Positions 1-13,992 of a stretch of DNA of 64,000 nucleotides are shown one piece after another. The stretch covers positions 13,764,001 through 13,828,000 of the forward strand of contig CM022670.1 in the NCBI GenBank assembly GCA_012295275.1, given 5' to 3'. The notes below the pieces were generated by a model. The model searched no databases, was not told the DNA's origin, and was given only the letters and a program-made list of their open reading frames with translations. The position numbers and the translations under genes are program-made. Source of the DNA: Chrysomallon squamiferum. Its lineage: Eukaryota; Animalia; Mollusca. Position 1 is the first letter of the stretch, and each line of letters begins with the position of its first letter.

Positions 1-219
1 TACAGTAAGAGTATCATTATGAGTATCGATAGTAAAATACTATGTCTCCGAACGCCGGAACGGTACTAGTAAAAATATTATCTTACTCTTACAAGACTAA
101 GACTAAGAGTTTTACTTTTAGCTATCAACAGTCAGAGGATGTACAAATTCTGAATATAGATATACTTAAAGTAACTTAATTATATTGTTATAATTTATAG
201 TATAATATGATTTATTTAA

Positions 220-221
<2 letters not shown>

Positions 222-281
<60 letters not shown>

Positions 282-288
282 TATATAC
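222..288. repeat. (TA)n microsatellite
   Basis: Direct inspection. Confidence 0.95.
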
Positions 289-915
289 ACACCAAAAAAA
301 CAACACAGAGTTACATAATCAGTATTATTTTATAAATTAAAAAAGAATGAAATATTTTTTTTCGTCGCATTTATGCTTATGATTATATGGTTCCATGGAT
401 GCAGTTAATTTGGAGACACTAATAATGATTGAAGAAAGGTATCGCTATTACTGTTTAGATTAACAGAATTTATAATTTTATGAACCTTTCACTATGGTCC
501 ATACTACCCCATACTGTGGTCTCTAGTGACTGCAACAAATTACAAAGTGTGCACCTGACACAGGACATGATTGAAAAGATTTAATCTTGTGATCAATCAT
601 GTATCAGTCCATCATTTTACCTCGGTGTTTTGGGCAATTTTATATAATTAATTCAGTTTAATATTATAATTTTCAGAATAACGATTTCATTTAGCATATT
701 TTTGATACTAAAATAATATAAGGATATAAAAACACTTTATAATATATTATTTTTAGATGTTTATTAATACACACAGAGTAATGTTTATAATGTTAATGAT
801 GATTTCATAAATTAATATCTTTGATTTTAATTTTTAGCTACAATTTTGCATTTTATTTCAGGGTTCCCTTGCATTGTTATTTACTTTATTTTTGTTAAAA
901 TATATTTATTTTCAG

Positions 916-959
916 ATTTCCATCTTTCCAGTTTTTGGCTTTGGGTCAGGTTAGCAAAA

Positions 960-1014
<55 letters not shown>

Positions 1015-1076
1015 TGGCTTTGGGTCAGGTTAGCAAAATTTTATTATTAATATTATCATTATTATTATTATCATTA

Positions 1077-1116
<40 letters not shown>

Positions 1117-3154
1117 GCAATATATTTTATAATATATGTTATAACATTAACAAACAGTCAGTTAATAAAATTGTGTGTTTCCATGTATATTATATACATA
1201 ATATGGTGATACATTGATTGCCTTCCAAATAGTAATATTCCTCTTCCTCTCCAATTTTCCTCACTACATTCCACATACACCACCCACTCTCCTCAGCAGA
1301 GCCAGATTAAGCAACTGCAGGGCCTGTAGCAAAACACTACTACTGGCTAGTTACAAATGTAAATGCCACCCCTCAACCCATGCCCACTTTTATCACAGTT
1401 TTACATATAACGTAAATACATCTTAATGTTTGAACAGTCAGTCAGATTTATTGTTGAAACAAAAGGAATCTTGCCAAATGGTATTAAAATCTTGTGCATA
1501 TGACATTAAACTATAATGCAACCCCGAAAATGTGGTCAAAGTTTAGCCCACATAACAAGTGTGATTCAGGCTCAGATTAAGTTACATATTGCAACCTTCA
1601 AGATTTTATATGAGCTCAGTCTTTTATATTGGAAGTAGTGTCAACAACTCGTGTTTGATGCTCATCAATGTCAGCATATTTAAATGATTTTGGAAACTGA
1701 ATGCTCCCCCATGCAGTTTGTAACTATCATACACAAATATATTCATTATATCATTATTAGGAAAATGTGATTGCATGCTGTGATCTCTGATCAAATGGTA
1801 AATCAGCAGGTCCCAACATTTCGATTAAAAAAAAAGGTGATATGCAGGGGCCTGTAGCATTTGCTACATCTGCTACATTGTTAATCTGGCACTGCTCCTC
1901 AATATAGGTAAAGTTCAGTTAAGCTTTCATTTATTTCATCTATATATTTTGTTTATAATTTTTGTGTGTGATGTTATACATAAAATAATGTAGATATTAT
2001 GCAGGTTTCAATAACAAAAAAATTCTTAAAATGCTTTGTAATGTATAATTTTGGAGAGGTTGGAATGGATTTATCCAATTTATGTAATTTTGTATGGAAA
2101 AAATTAATTTGGTTTTCAAAAAATTAGTTTTCGAACGACTTTCAGGAACAGATTAAGTTTGAGAACTGAACTAGCTCTATATATATATATGTATCATCAG
2201 CATCTGAAAAGAAAATCTTTATTTTGTCTAATGTGATACTGTTACACTTCAGTTGCTTTATTCAGCAGATTTAAGATTATAGGAATATTTTCAATGCAGT
2301 TGTGGTGAATTAATTAATTAACAGGTAGGATTAAATGTGAATTAAAGATAAAATATCTAACATTTTTTTTAATCTGTAGATATACAATATCATTATGTGT
2401 TTAAGAACCATACATAGTTCATATATTGTATGGTTATATTTATTATTCTTTATTTATTTACTATATATGAAATGAGAAAGAAAACTGCCTCCAGCATACA
2501 ATAAATAGGCTATTCTTTTTGTATGAGCAATTGTATTTCTTATGTATACCTTCCCATGGACAGACAGAATAGGAAGATATAATAATGTGACATTTGATAT
2601 GCTGGTCCTAGGGTTCTAGATAGGACAGGAGGAACCTAAAAGTGTTCAGAAGAAGACTTATGCTTTGGCCCATAGCACCTCACTTTTCCCTAGCAAGCTG
2701 CAGTCCCATCAATTTAACGACTTTAGAAGTTTAGTGAAGATTACAGTTGCTAGGCTGAACATTGGAGCAGTCTAACACCTAAGACAAGAGTTTAGATTTT
2801 ATTGTGAATATGATAAATGGTTTTAGGTTGTATTATGGTTGATGTTGGACACATCCATCTGTGCTTCTGGAAGACTAGCCTAACCCACACAAGTGATGTT
2901 TTAACAATGAACAGATTATAAATTTGTTTTAATACTTTAATCAGTTCAGCTTCAGATATCTCAGAATTCTGTGACTTATACCATGTTGGTGTTGCATCTT
3001 TTATTTTTCAGATGTTCTCGGGTATTGTTATATTATTCACAGCAAGAAAATTTGGATTAGTGGAATTTCCTAGTTTGACATCAGACACTTTTTCAAAGGT
3101 ATGTTTGTCTTTATCTTTTTTTACAAAATGCTTTCATATTTTAAAAATTCACAA

Positions 3155-3222
<68 letters not shown>

Positions 3223-5965
3223 TCATTCATTACTAGAGATAATTTTTTTTTTTTAAATACAAATAACAAATTCGTACACAATACATTTTTTTATTTCTGT
3301 ACATGTAATCTTCTAATTTTGATTAGTCTTAACAGTTACATATTTTATTATAAATAAAGCTTTATAAAAACACATATTGCAAATATTTGTTTACTTTGAA
3401 ACAGAGAGGGATAGAATAAGATAGAGAGAAAGATGGAAATAGGAAGAAAGACAGAAGACATACAGAGGCAGAGAAAGATGAAAATAAAAAGTGTTAAATT
3501 ATTTTGGACAAATTACATAAATTAATTTACATTATTACAAATAACAACATTTCTTTAATTTAACAAAATGTTAAATTTATATATTATAAAGTTTTTTTTT
3601 CTTTGGACTTCTGTGTTGTCGTATAATCAGATAAACATTCCTCCTCTTCCATTACACTGAAAACCAAAATATATTTTATTAATTAACACACACACAGAGA
3701 GAGATTTTTAACTTCAAATAGTTAATGAATTTGAGTAAAAAGAAAGTACGAATAATATTTGATGTTGTAGTGAAAGATAAAAATTAGTGGATGAAATCAA
3801 ATTATAAAAACTGTTTTAAAATCTTACAACAGACATTGACTATTAAGTTAAATTTATATGTCCATTTTGTTCTTAATTATATTTGCATATATTTACACCT
3901 GCATTTAAATAATATAGGCTGTCTAATTTCAACCCTATTTCTCTAAGCCCCAGTAATTAATGATAAAATTTAAAAAACAGTTTATATAGGAAATCTAATG
4001 AACATTGTTGTAAAACAAATAACCAAAATTTCATGACTGTCCCAGTACATTAGCAGTTATAGTAAGAAAGAGAACAATAACCACAGTAATAATAAAAGTA
4101 ATAATTTACAATGGAAGAATAACAGTAATAACAATAGTTTAATAATAATGAAATTAAAAGTAATTTAATACTTTTACATATAACCAAAAAAATTACAAAC
4201 TCACCTAAATCATAATAAGTTATTTGCCATCAGTGTTAATCATCTACAGATATAAAAAAAAATATATATATATAAGAAGAAAGAAACCAGCTTACCCTTT
4301 AATATTCCTTTTGTTTCATTACACGGATTTGCTGAAAATAAAAAATGTTTGCACGGATTAAAAATTATAATTGATAATGATATAGAAGAAACAAGCATAT
4401 TTAGAAAAATACAATTTATAAATATTAATGAAACTGAAAACTGTTTTATTACTTCTGTTGATGATACATTAATAGTGATAAAGATTATAGAAGTTAATAA
4501 TAAAATAATAAGTTACAGCTACAATTTAACCTCACTTCTTACTTTTAAAAACACTTTTCTTTTTATGTAATTATTTTAAAAATTAATAAATAACAAAATT
4601 AATATTTAAAATCAAATTAAAAAAGAATTTAAGAAAGGAATAGTTACAGAAACTGAAAGATATTTTAAAAAATTAAAGAAAAGAAAGAAAGAAAAAGAAT
4701 GCTGGTATTGATAACCCCGTTAGGGGCAGTTGTTTTGTATTGATATCCCCGTTAGGGGCAGTTGTTTTGTTAAGTTTGTATTGATATCCCTGTTAGGGAC
4801 AACTGTTTTTGTTCAGTTGGATACCCCATGACAGGGATAAAGTAAGTTTCATTCTTTGTAGTTGTCAGTTCATCCAGCAGGAAAACCAGGATCTCCAAAA
4901 GTTTATTACATCCTTTGCCTGGTAAACCTGTAGACTCTAACACCATCTTCTGAGATGTTGTTTCCCTGAAGAAATCTGCCATTGAATTCAGAAATCTTTC
5001 TCCCACATTTTTCACCAGTTTCTGTGAACATCTTGCCTTTAAAATCATTAACAGAGATGTTTTTTGATTCATCTGTTTTTATATTAATCTTGTTTTCATT
5101 TCCATAATTATTTAAAACCAAAGTCGCTCCCTTTTCAACACTGATATTGAAAGTTACATTCTCACAGGCAACTACATTTGTTGTGGTCATTTTGACTTAA
5201 ATAATTTTTCTTCTGAAAATATAAACAAAGAAATATAATTAAAGAGAGTATAGGACAGAGACAGAGAAGAGGAAAAATATAAAACAGTTTCTGTCAAATT
5301 AATTTAGATAAATCACAAATTAATTTACATTCTTAGAAGAAACAAATTCTTTTTTTTTTTTTTTTTCTTTCTTCTAAATATTTTATTATAACAAATTTAT
5401 GTATATTTACTGTAAAGTAGTTAGTTCCACACAGGTCTTCAATATCATATAATTTAATAAACGACACTACACATTTTATTTCTGCGTATTAATCATATTA
5501 AGTAATTTAATATTTCATTGTTTTAACAAACTTTCATTTAATATGACAGCTTTTAGTCTGGAAATAACAGTTACCTGAACTTAATATCTTGATTTTAACC
5601 CAAATCCAAATAGCTTTTGCTAGTATGGTATCACAGGACAAAATGGCTGCTCGGGAAATTGGTGTGACAGTTATAGCTATTTATAGGCACCATAATCAAT
5701 GTTTATCAGGTAGTTTCAGTGTGAGGTCATCCAGTCTCAACTAATATTTTATAGGTGACAAAGTTAACATTGTTATCAAAGTTAGCTGTACGTGGTGTTG
5801 TAACAGTAGTTCAGATGTTATATGGAATATTTCTTATTTCTTATTAATTTACTTGAAATATTTACAGATATGGCCACTTCCATTGATCTATATTGGAAAT
5901 TTAATGTTTGGTCTTGGAGGAACAAAGAAACTGAGGTAAAACGCACATACATATGTACGTCTATA

Positions 5966-6003
<38 letters not shown>

Positions 6004-6256
6004 TTAAATGTTATATATTTGTTTTGGACTTTTTAAATGATATTTCCTTTTTGGTTTGAATAATAATGTTTTTTTTTTTTTTATTATTATTCTTGTTATC
6101 ATCATAGATTTCATATATGAATTACATTTTGTTCATTTTTGTTTTTATTTTTCTTCTCTTTCCAGTTTGCCAATGTTTACAGTACTTAGGAGATTTTCTA
6201 TTTTGTTTACAATGATTGGAGAATACTTTGTCTTGGGGTATGTTCTGCATGTTTTG

Positions 6257-6311
<55 letters not shown>

Positions 6312-9300
6312 TTCATTCATTTATTCTTATTTATACAGCTGGATACAGGGACACAGTGTTTCAAAATATTTATTTGAAATGAACCTGTAGAAATACAAAG
6401 AAATAGTTTAAATATATATTGCATTCTTTCAATTTAAGTTTTATTTGTTTTCTGCTGTCAGATTTTAATTAATAATTAAGTATAGCTGCAAAAGAGTACA
6501 GTTATAAAATATCTGGGAGCTGCTGCATTTCTGTAGTCAGGACATCATCACATACAGGGCAAAACTATTTACTCTAAAGTTCCATAAAAAAAAACTACAG
6601 CTATTTACTCCAGTTGTAAACAGGTAAAAAGTTTGCATTCAAATATTTTTTGTAACACTTATTATTTAACGGTCATATTTTGTAACAAGTGATCATAGCT
6701 CATCTAGAACAGTAAAATAACAACTTTATATGAGAATTTTATTTATTCTTGGTATTGCAGGTAAATAACAAAATATTGATTGTGACAGACATGGTATTTG
6801 TTAATGTATTGACCACGATAGATGTACTTGAACCACATTAATTAATATCATGTTTCAGGGTGAAGGCCCCAGGCATTGTTCAGCTGACTGTGTATTTAAT
6901 GATTCTTGGTGCTATAGTTGCTGCCAGGTGAGATTTTAACTTTTTAATCAAATTACAAAAATATCCATTATTTAAAAGAAGTAAAAATACTTTTTAATCT
7001 TTGGGTTCAACTTATTTTCATCAAAAGTCACCTTTCTGCTACATTTTGCTCTGGAACAATTCTCATATAAGAAATATCTGCAGTATTTTTAATGACTGTT
7101 ACTGTCACAGACTTAGTTTGTCCCAAGTGACAGAAAAATAAGATATCATCATTGCTTCTTCCCTAACTCAAATGAGGCTGCTTGAAGATACCCCTCTATC
7201 TTCCATTTCATTTCTTAACGCATCCTTCAGCTTCTTTTTCCATCAGGCATCATTGGTAATAACGTTTCTGTGAATATTTTTATATTATTATTTATTCCAA
7301 TTAATAGAAGTATACATTGTTTTTCTTTTTTAAATTTGTATATTTCAAAAGTTATTTCGACTTATTTTTGATTTATTTAATTTTTAATTCTTAATTTTTA
7401 TTTTTGCCTTTCAGTTCAGATCTTTCATTTGATTTAGTTGGATATATTTTTATATTGTTAAATAATGTAGCAACAGCAGCAAATGGTGTTTACACCAAGA
7501 AGAAATTAGACGCAAAGGTTGGTTTTCAGTAATAATAATAATAATAATAATAATAGAATACAATAATAAAATTGCTTTATTATAACAACTATTACAGAAT
7601 TATCAAAAGCAACATCAGAAAGAGTACCAATATTATTAAAAAAATATTAATGATAATAACATCAGTTATTAATATCAAAACGTTTGAATCAGAATGCATC
7701 TTTTGCAGTTACTATTTTAATTAAATGTAAATTTTTCCTGTTTTAAAATGTTTAACTTTCCATATACATATACATACTCTTTCCAACTTGACATAGGTTA
7801 GACCTCTTTTTGGTAATTTTATTAATTACTAAATTTGAGTGAACCTTCTAAACTACATAATTAATTTGCATTGATTTTTTAGATATCATTATGTCTTATT
7901 TTTTAGAAGACCTATATTATTATTATTAAATTTTTTTTTTTCCTTTGTTTTCTTCCAGGATCTGGGAAAATATGGCCTTTTATATTACAATTCACTCTTC
8001 ATGTTTCTACCAATGCTTTTTTATGCTACATATATGGGAGAACTGGAAAAGGTAAAAAAGTATTTTCTCCTTGTAAAATGTGTAAAACATTTATCATTAT
8101 AGTTCACATATATCTGTTTTTCAATCCATGACCATTGTAATGAGCAGTATATTTGTGGCATTTAATTTTATTTTGGTTACTTTGTTTTTTATTTATGCCA
8201 ACTCAGTATTATAGTAGCAGTTAAATTGTATTATCACTTAATTCCATAAATAAGTCTCTCTATCTCTTTCATACTCATACTCACATACACACAAAAGAAA
8301 AACAAGAAAAACCAGATATATGCAAACATGTTTTAACTCAAAATAACAACTATAAGAATTTGTAAATGGAAAAATGCTATTATAGTTTCTTTGAGCCTGT
8401 TTAACATTACAGAATGAGTCTTATAATGTGTGTGCTTACAGTTACATCTAAGTACAAATTATATATATATATATATATATATCCATGTTTTATCACAACA
8501 TATTGATTAGTTTATTCTCAATTGTTTTGCAGGGTTTTCAGTTTGCTGACTGGCTGAATGTGCAGTTCTTGTTTTGTTTCTTACTCTCTTGTTTAATGGG
8601 ATTTGTACTCAACTACTCTATTATCCTGTGTACAGCTACCAATTCTGCTCTTACTACAACTATAGTTGGAGTGATCAAGGTAATTTTATTTCTTAAAAAT
8701 ACACTCCTTTTTATTGCGATTTGGATAAAGATATAGGATTATGCAAAATGTGTAAGATATAAGAAGCTTTTTTTCATTTTTTTTTTCGTGTTTTTTTAGT
8801 GTATTTTTGGTGATGAGATGGGGGTTAATTTTAAAAATGTATTTGTATTATTATTATTATAATTTGTTTTGTTTTGTTTTTTTACTTTTTAAAAGTAAGC
8901 AATTTTTTCTTCTATTCCATTCTTATTTCTGAATACTTAATCACCATTATATTTCACAGAACTCTTACACTCGAACCTTTTAAAATAAATCTTAACTAGT
9001 TTTTATTTATGTTTAATGTATTTTTACATATATTTTTGTTTTCAGAATACAACTGTCACTTACATAGGCATTTTTCTGGGAGGGGATTATGTATTCAGTT
9101 TAACCAATTTTATTGGTATGAATATCAGGTAAGTGACATATAATAATTTTGTTTTGTAATCATGCGATTGTCATCCTGGTGCTGTTCATTATTTGCTTTA
9201 GGCATTATGGGTTCATGCTATTTCTAATTTTCTGCAGAGTTTATCGCATGTCATGATATATGTTTAACTACCAGTGGGAAGGTGCCTAAAAATGCTCTTG

Positions 9301-10428
9301 ATGCAATGCAGGTGAAATTCAAAGTCTGAGAGACCCAAGACCACTCCCAAATAGAGCACATTCCCATATTTTGCAACGGTCCCACTACCCAGTATTAGTT
9401 CACCACTGGTTGCTATGACACAGCAGCATGTACCACCACAGTATATTCACACCAGTTTTACAAAATGTTTCTAGCTGTGCACTGCAAATAATTTTTCTTA
9501 TGCTTTGTTTTGGACATCTGTGGACTTTACTGTACCATTTTACAATGAAAATAAGTCCCCCAAAAGCACAGGATCACCTCTCAGTGGCATTGTAAAGATA
9601 GGAGAAATTATGTGTTGAGTTTAAAGAAAAAAACTGATCTTTTTGAAGAGGTTGAACTACCAACATCAGTGTGCAAAATCTGTGAACTGTTTGGGGTTGG
9701 TTCTTTAAAGTACAATATACATGTTCAGTATATTAACATTCAAGAAGATGGCCATTAATTGGCACAGCACTGGTCCAAACAATGCTGAGTTCAGAAACTT
9801 CAACCTATACCTGCATTTCCAAAGCATTTTAGCAGTAGTTTCTTTTCTCATAACATTAAGCAAAAATGAAACAATCCTTTATAATAATCAGTCATAAATT
9901 TTCATAAAACAAATATAACTGAATACCATTGTTTAAAATCCAGTCTGAAAAGTGACCTTTTAATTAAGTGTTAAATAGATATGGCTACACCAACACAAAT
10001 TTTTATTTTCTTTTTTTTTTTTGGATTATAATACTATAGTATTAACTTCAGTAACACAGTCTTGTAATAAAATTGTATTGATTTTCAAAATTTTATATGT
10101 ATTTTAAAAGTAATGTGAAAAGTTTTGTATATTTAGCAACACCAAACAAAACAATTTCCTAACAAATAATGTATTCCATTCAAATTTAAACTTATTAATA
10201 AGTAATTTGATATATCTCATGTTTAAATTTTGTTGTTTAGTTGGGATATTTTGTTGGATTTTTTCTTTAATTGTCTCTTGAAATAATTTAAACTTTTCTT
10301 CCAGTGTTGTTGGAAGTATCCTGTATTCATATGTGACATTCATTAAAAAGTCTACTCGACGAAATCCACCAGTGGAAATAATCATTTCAGAACCAAGACT
10401 TATCAACCAGAAAACACCATTGACATGA
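916..10428 (+). CDS. SLC35D1: SLC35D-family nucleotide-sugar transporter (SLC35D1/D2, fringe connection-like), 5'-partial, 10 exons, ~292 aa visible
   Basis: Phase-consistent GT-AG exons 916-949, 3012-3098, 5868-5935, 6166-6237, 6859-6927, 7415-7517, 7959-8051, 8533-8679, 9046-9128, 10305-10428 (TGA). Translation has family motifs [69 protein letters not shown]. The first coding exon lies upstream; a possible donor GTAAG sits at 5-9. Symbol gives the family, not strict orthology. Confidence 0.93.
934..1115. repeat. (TTA)n microsatellite with local duplication of exon end plus splice donor
   Basis: TTTGGCTTTGGGTCAGGTTAGCAAAATTTTATTATTA occurs at ~934-970 and again at ~1013-1049, separated and followed by TTA runs. 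Confidence 0.9.
1297..1894. mobile_element. Non-autonomous DNA transposon (MITE, hAT-like), 598 bp, in SLC35D intron
   Basis: TIRs CAGAGCCAGATTAA (1297-1310) and TTAATCTGGCACTG (1881-1894) match 13/14. 8-bp target-site duplication CTCCTCAG (1289-1296) / CTCCTCAA (1895-1902). Subterminal GGGCCTGTAGCA near both ends. No transposase ORF. Confidence 0.8.
3155..3220. repeat. (CA)n microsatellite
   Basis: Direct inspection. Similar CA/TG tracts at ~5965-6000, 13558-13580, 16874-16902, 40239-40308, 61596-61646. Confidence 0.95.
3584..5212 (-). other. Unclassified antisense spliced element (orphan gene, lncRNA or decayed mobile element) inside an SLC35D intron
   Basis: Minus-strand acceptors before 5212, 4331, 4243 and 3656. 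Donors GTAAG after 4296 and GTGAG after 4205. Overlapping ORFs 4906-5190 and 4770-5072. No recognisable domain. Confidence 0.4.
4705..4840. repeat. Tandem array of 3-4 hairpin-containing 32-41 bp units
   Basis: GTATTGATA(A/T)CCC(C/T)GTTAGGG(G/A)CA(G/A)(T/C)TGTTTT at 4705, 4737 and 4778, plus a degenerate copy near 4820. Confidence 0.85.
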
Positions 10429-13245
10429 AATTGCAAAGAAAATATCTGTTATTCAAATAAATTATTTTTATATTTTTATATATTTTTTAAATTATTTTTA
10501 AGTGAGTAATTGTTTTACATATTCTCCACAATATGAAATGGAATAAATCAGAATTTCCAGTTTAACAGTCATTGGAAATAGAGATTTGTTTTCTTCTGAA
10601 AAAAAGAAGGAAAAGATGGTTATTTGGAAAGAAGGAAAAGAAATGTCAAAGGAAATAAAAAGTGAATGAAGTTAAATACTAAATTTAAGGAAGAAGATAG
10701 CTATAAATATGACTATATTGTGCAATACATAAATAGATCTATAGTTGTTAATTAGGCGCCAGTATTTTTTTCTCTCATGTTTTTTGTTTTGTTTGTTTTT
10801 ATTCACAATTTACACTTTTTCTCGCATCTCTATTTATTGTTAGTTGGGACTAGACCGATGACTGTCAGAGCATGTACATATGATACAAGTCACTAATTTG
10901 TGGACAGAAATTCATTACACTACAGACTCATTTACAATGTTATTTTAAACATTTAAGAAAGAAAAAACAGTGAATATAAAAATGGTTTTGTTTTATGCAC
11001 AAAAAAGAAAATTTAATATTTTTTGTGGGCAATCCATTTTTGGTATTATTTAGAATGATAATATGAATTTTGAATATTTCTTTTAGTCCGTTTTAGAGTA
11101 TGTTGGATGCAGTCAGTGATAGATTTTGGTAAAATATTAACAGCTGACTTTGGGTTTTGTTTAGCAATTTTTGGTTTGTAGATCTTTTTAATATATTTAT
11201 ATAGGTTAGAACTTATTTTCATTGGGATTATTTTTAGATTTATTAAGATTTCTTATTTATATAATTAGCACAATTATTTTTATAGTTCATTTTTCATTTT
11301 ACACTTTTTTTAATAATTTATTTAAAAGTATGGAGTTACAGATGACAATATTACAGTAATTAATGACTATTACTAATTCCGTCCATCTGTTCTTTCGTTT
11401 TCCACAACTGTGCATTAAAACCACATTATAATCTTTTAAAAAACAAAAACAAAAATTGAGTTTACTTTTATTTTTCAATTTATAAATCAACTCTTGGTTA
11501 ATTATTTAATAAGTTAGAATTATTGATTTTTTGTAAGTTTTTCTGGTTTTACCTTTTGATTCTAAAATATTAAAAAACACACTTTCTCACTTTTCATTGC
11601 TATTAATAAAACAATATTACTTATTTTTTGTTTAATAATTAGGTAAGTGAATTTTTTTCTACCCTTTCTGTGTATTTTTAATATGTGATTGACATCTGAT
11701 ATCCAGTGACATTTTTACTTTCATACAGTTCATGTTTCATATATTATACACTAAATATTTTTGCTATCGTGTATTTTGAATATACTGTTTTGTACAAAAT
11801 GTTATAATGTATATACTGTTACAGTTATTAGAATATGAATCAAGACTATTGCTAGGTATTAATCAATTGGTATTAATGCAGTATTTAAAAGTTGACAGAA
11901 ATCCATCTGGTTTTTATTAATCTATACCTTATTGCCTTTTTATACAAGCACAATCAAACTTAATTTTTATTACTTAGATCCTTAGTTTTGTATTTAATAG
12001 GTAATTGATGGTTGTCTACATTTGCATGTTTTATATGTAGGCATAATATTCTTCAATCTGTATTTTATATACATCACAAAAATATGACCTGGTTTGATTG
12101 TTGGTGAATGAATTGGCATTCAGTGTTATAATACAGTTGTATTTGTTTTATTTTTTATTGAGTAACATGACCTGATTTAATTTAACAGGCATTACTCAAA
12201 CTTACAGTCTTCAGTAAATATATAAAATGTGTTTATAAAAATGAATATGTACTTCATAATCAAACATGGTTATAACATGGTTATTATGGTTTGAAATAGT
12301 ATCAGATTGAGGGTTATTATATATATTTTATGGTTACATTTTCTAAAATAAAATTTTACAATCTATGAAGACTTTGTTTTTACAATTTATTTTGAACCAT
12401 TTCAGTTTTAAACATTCTCTGTTGGATTAGTTTTCAATTGGGGTTTTTTTTTGTTACATAGAGACGTACCAAATTTTTATATTTAACTAAACTTTGCTGA
12501 TGTTATTGAATAATAAATTTATAACATTACAAATGCTAAATGTCAAATCTGCCAGATTTTAATAGAACAAAATTCCATAATTTTTTTTTTTTTAATTTTC
12601 TGTTCTTGTTTTTACAAAACTAGTTTTCTTACAAGAAAACATTTTTAAAAACATTTTGTTTGCAGTGACAATGTAATGAAATATGGCAACACCAATAAGA
12701 ATAAGTATCTGTTAACAAATAAAGAATGAGAAATGTAAAGTTGTAATTGACATGATCAGAAAAATCAATTTTAATGTAAAGACAAAAAAATTTAAAACAA
12801 CAACTTCACTAGCTTTGTCACATTTTTATTATTTTACAACATACAGGATGGTTTAGTTTCTTTAATCACAATAAAATATCACAGATAAGGAAAACAAAAT
12901 ACTGATATGTGTTGTTTGTTTTTTCAAAGTTTAAAGTAAAGTGTAAATATTACTTCTTATAACTAAAAAGATAAAACAAGTATAAATATATGGTCACATT
13001 CAATTACATATTTAAATAGAAATCAGATCCTAGTCTGGATTAAATGTAAACTAATTATAAAAATACCACATTGTATAAATTAGTTTGTTTTTGTGATATC
13101 AAACTTTTTAAAAGAATAAACAGGATTTCTGCTTATTTCGAAATTACAAATGCTAAGTTTAAATTATGCAGTCAACAGAACAAATAATAATAGTATAAAT
13201 GTTATGTATAATATGTATATGTATATAATTCATCAAAGATGGAAA

Positions 13246-13293
<48 letters not shown>

Positions 13294-13992
13294 CAAACTA
13301 TTTATATACTAATCCAAATACCAACACAAACATACACATTACCTATTTGCATAATATTTAATAAATTACATATATTATTCTCAGTGTAGATTATTATATA
13401 AATATATACTTACCACTTATTAGCCAAAACTTGCATTTCATTATGACTAACAACTTTTATAAACATTCAGTTATGACAAGTTCAGTAAAATGATTAATAT
13501 ATATGAAATACACAATGATGATAATTCAAGTAACAACCGGGTTACAGATTTTACAAGCACACACACACACACACACACACAGAGTAATCAAAAACATTCT
13601 GTTTAAATATACTTTATAATATTAATCTATTAATTCATTAATTATTAACCCTGCAATAATACTTTAACCTTCACAACCTGACTGGCCTCAAGAGCAGCCA
13701 AAACATACTGCAGCAATATCTCAACAGGTCAATAAAGGCCAAACGGCGATGAACGGAATTCCTTCTGTTTATTTTAACTAATCACAGTTTTACAAATCAA
13801 CTAAAATCACACAGAACTCTGTCGTTTGCTATGCAGCCTGTGATGAACAATTTGTCATTTTATATTTTAGGATTTAAAGTACTGAATATTAATCAACCAG
13901 TTCTTTCAACCATTAATTTAGCAGTGTTTTAATATTAATGCAACAAAGGTATTTGAAAGTAGTACATGTGCCTATGTTTTTGTCCATGTGAA

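Noticed and set aside
846-1217. 123-aa ORF with poly-Y/poly-I and a VNKIV motif resembling the SLC35D N-terminus
   Set aside because: Product of the TTA microsatellite. VNKIV lies downstream of the FPS exon, the wrong order for the family, so it is coincidental.
4705-4840. Palindromic repeats as a CRISPR array
   Set aside because: Eukaryotic intron, no unique spacers of repeat-like length, no cas genes.
10104-10436. 110-aa minus-strand ORF
   Set aside because: Antisense to the last SLC35D exon plus AT-rich intron, with no independent support.
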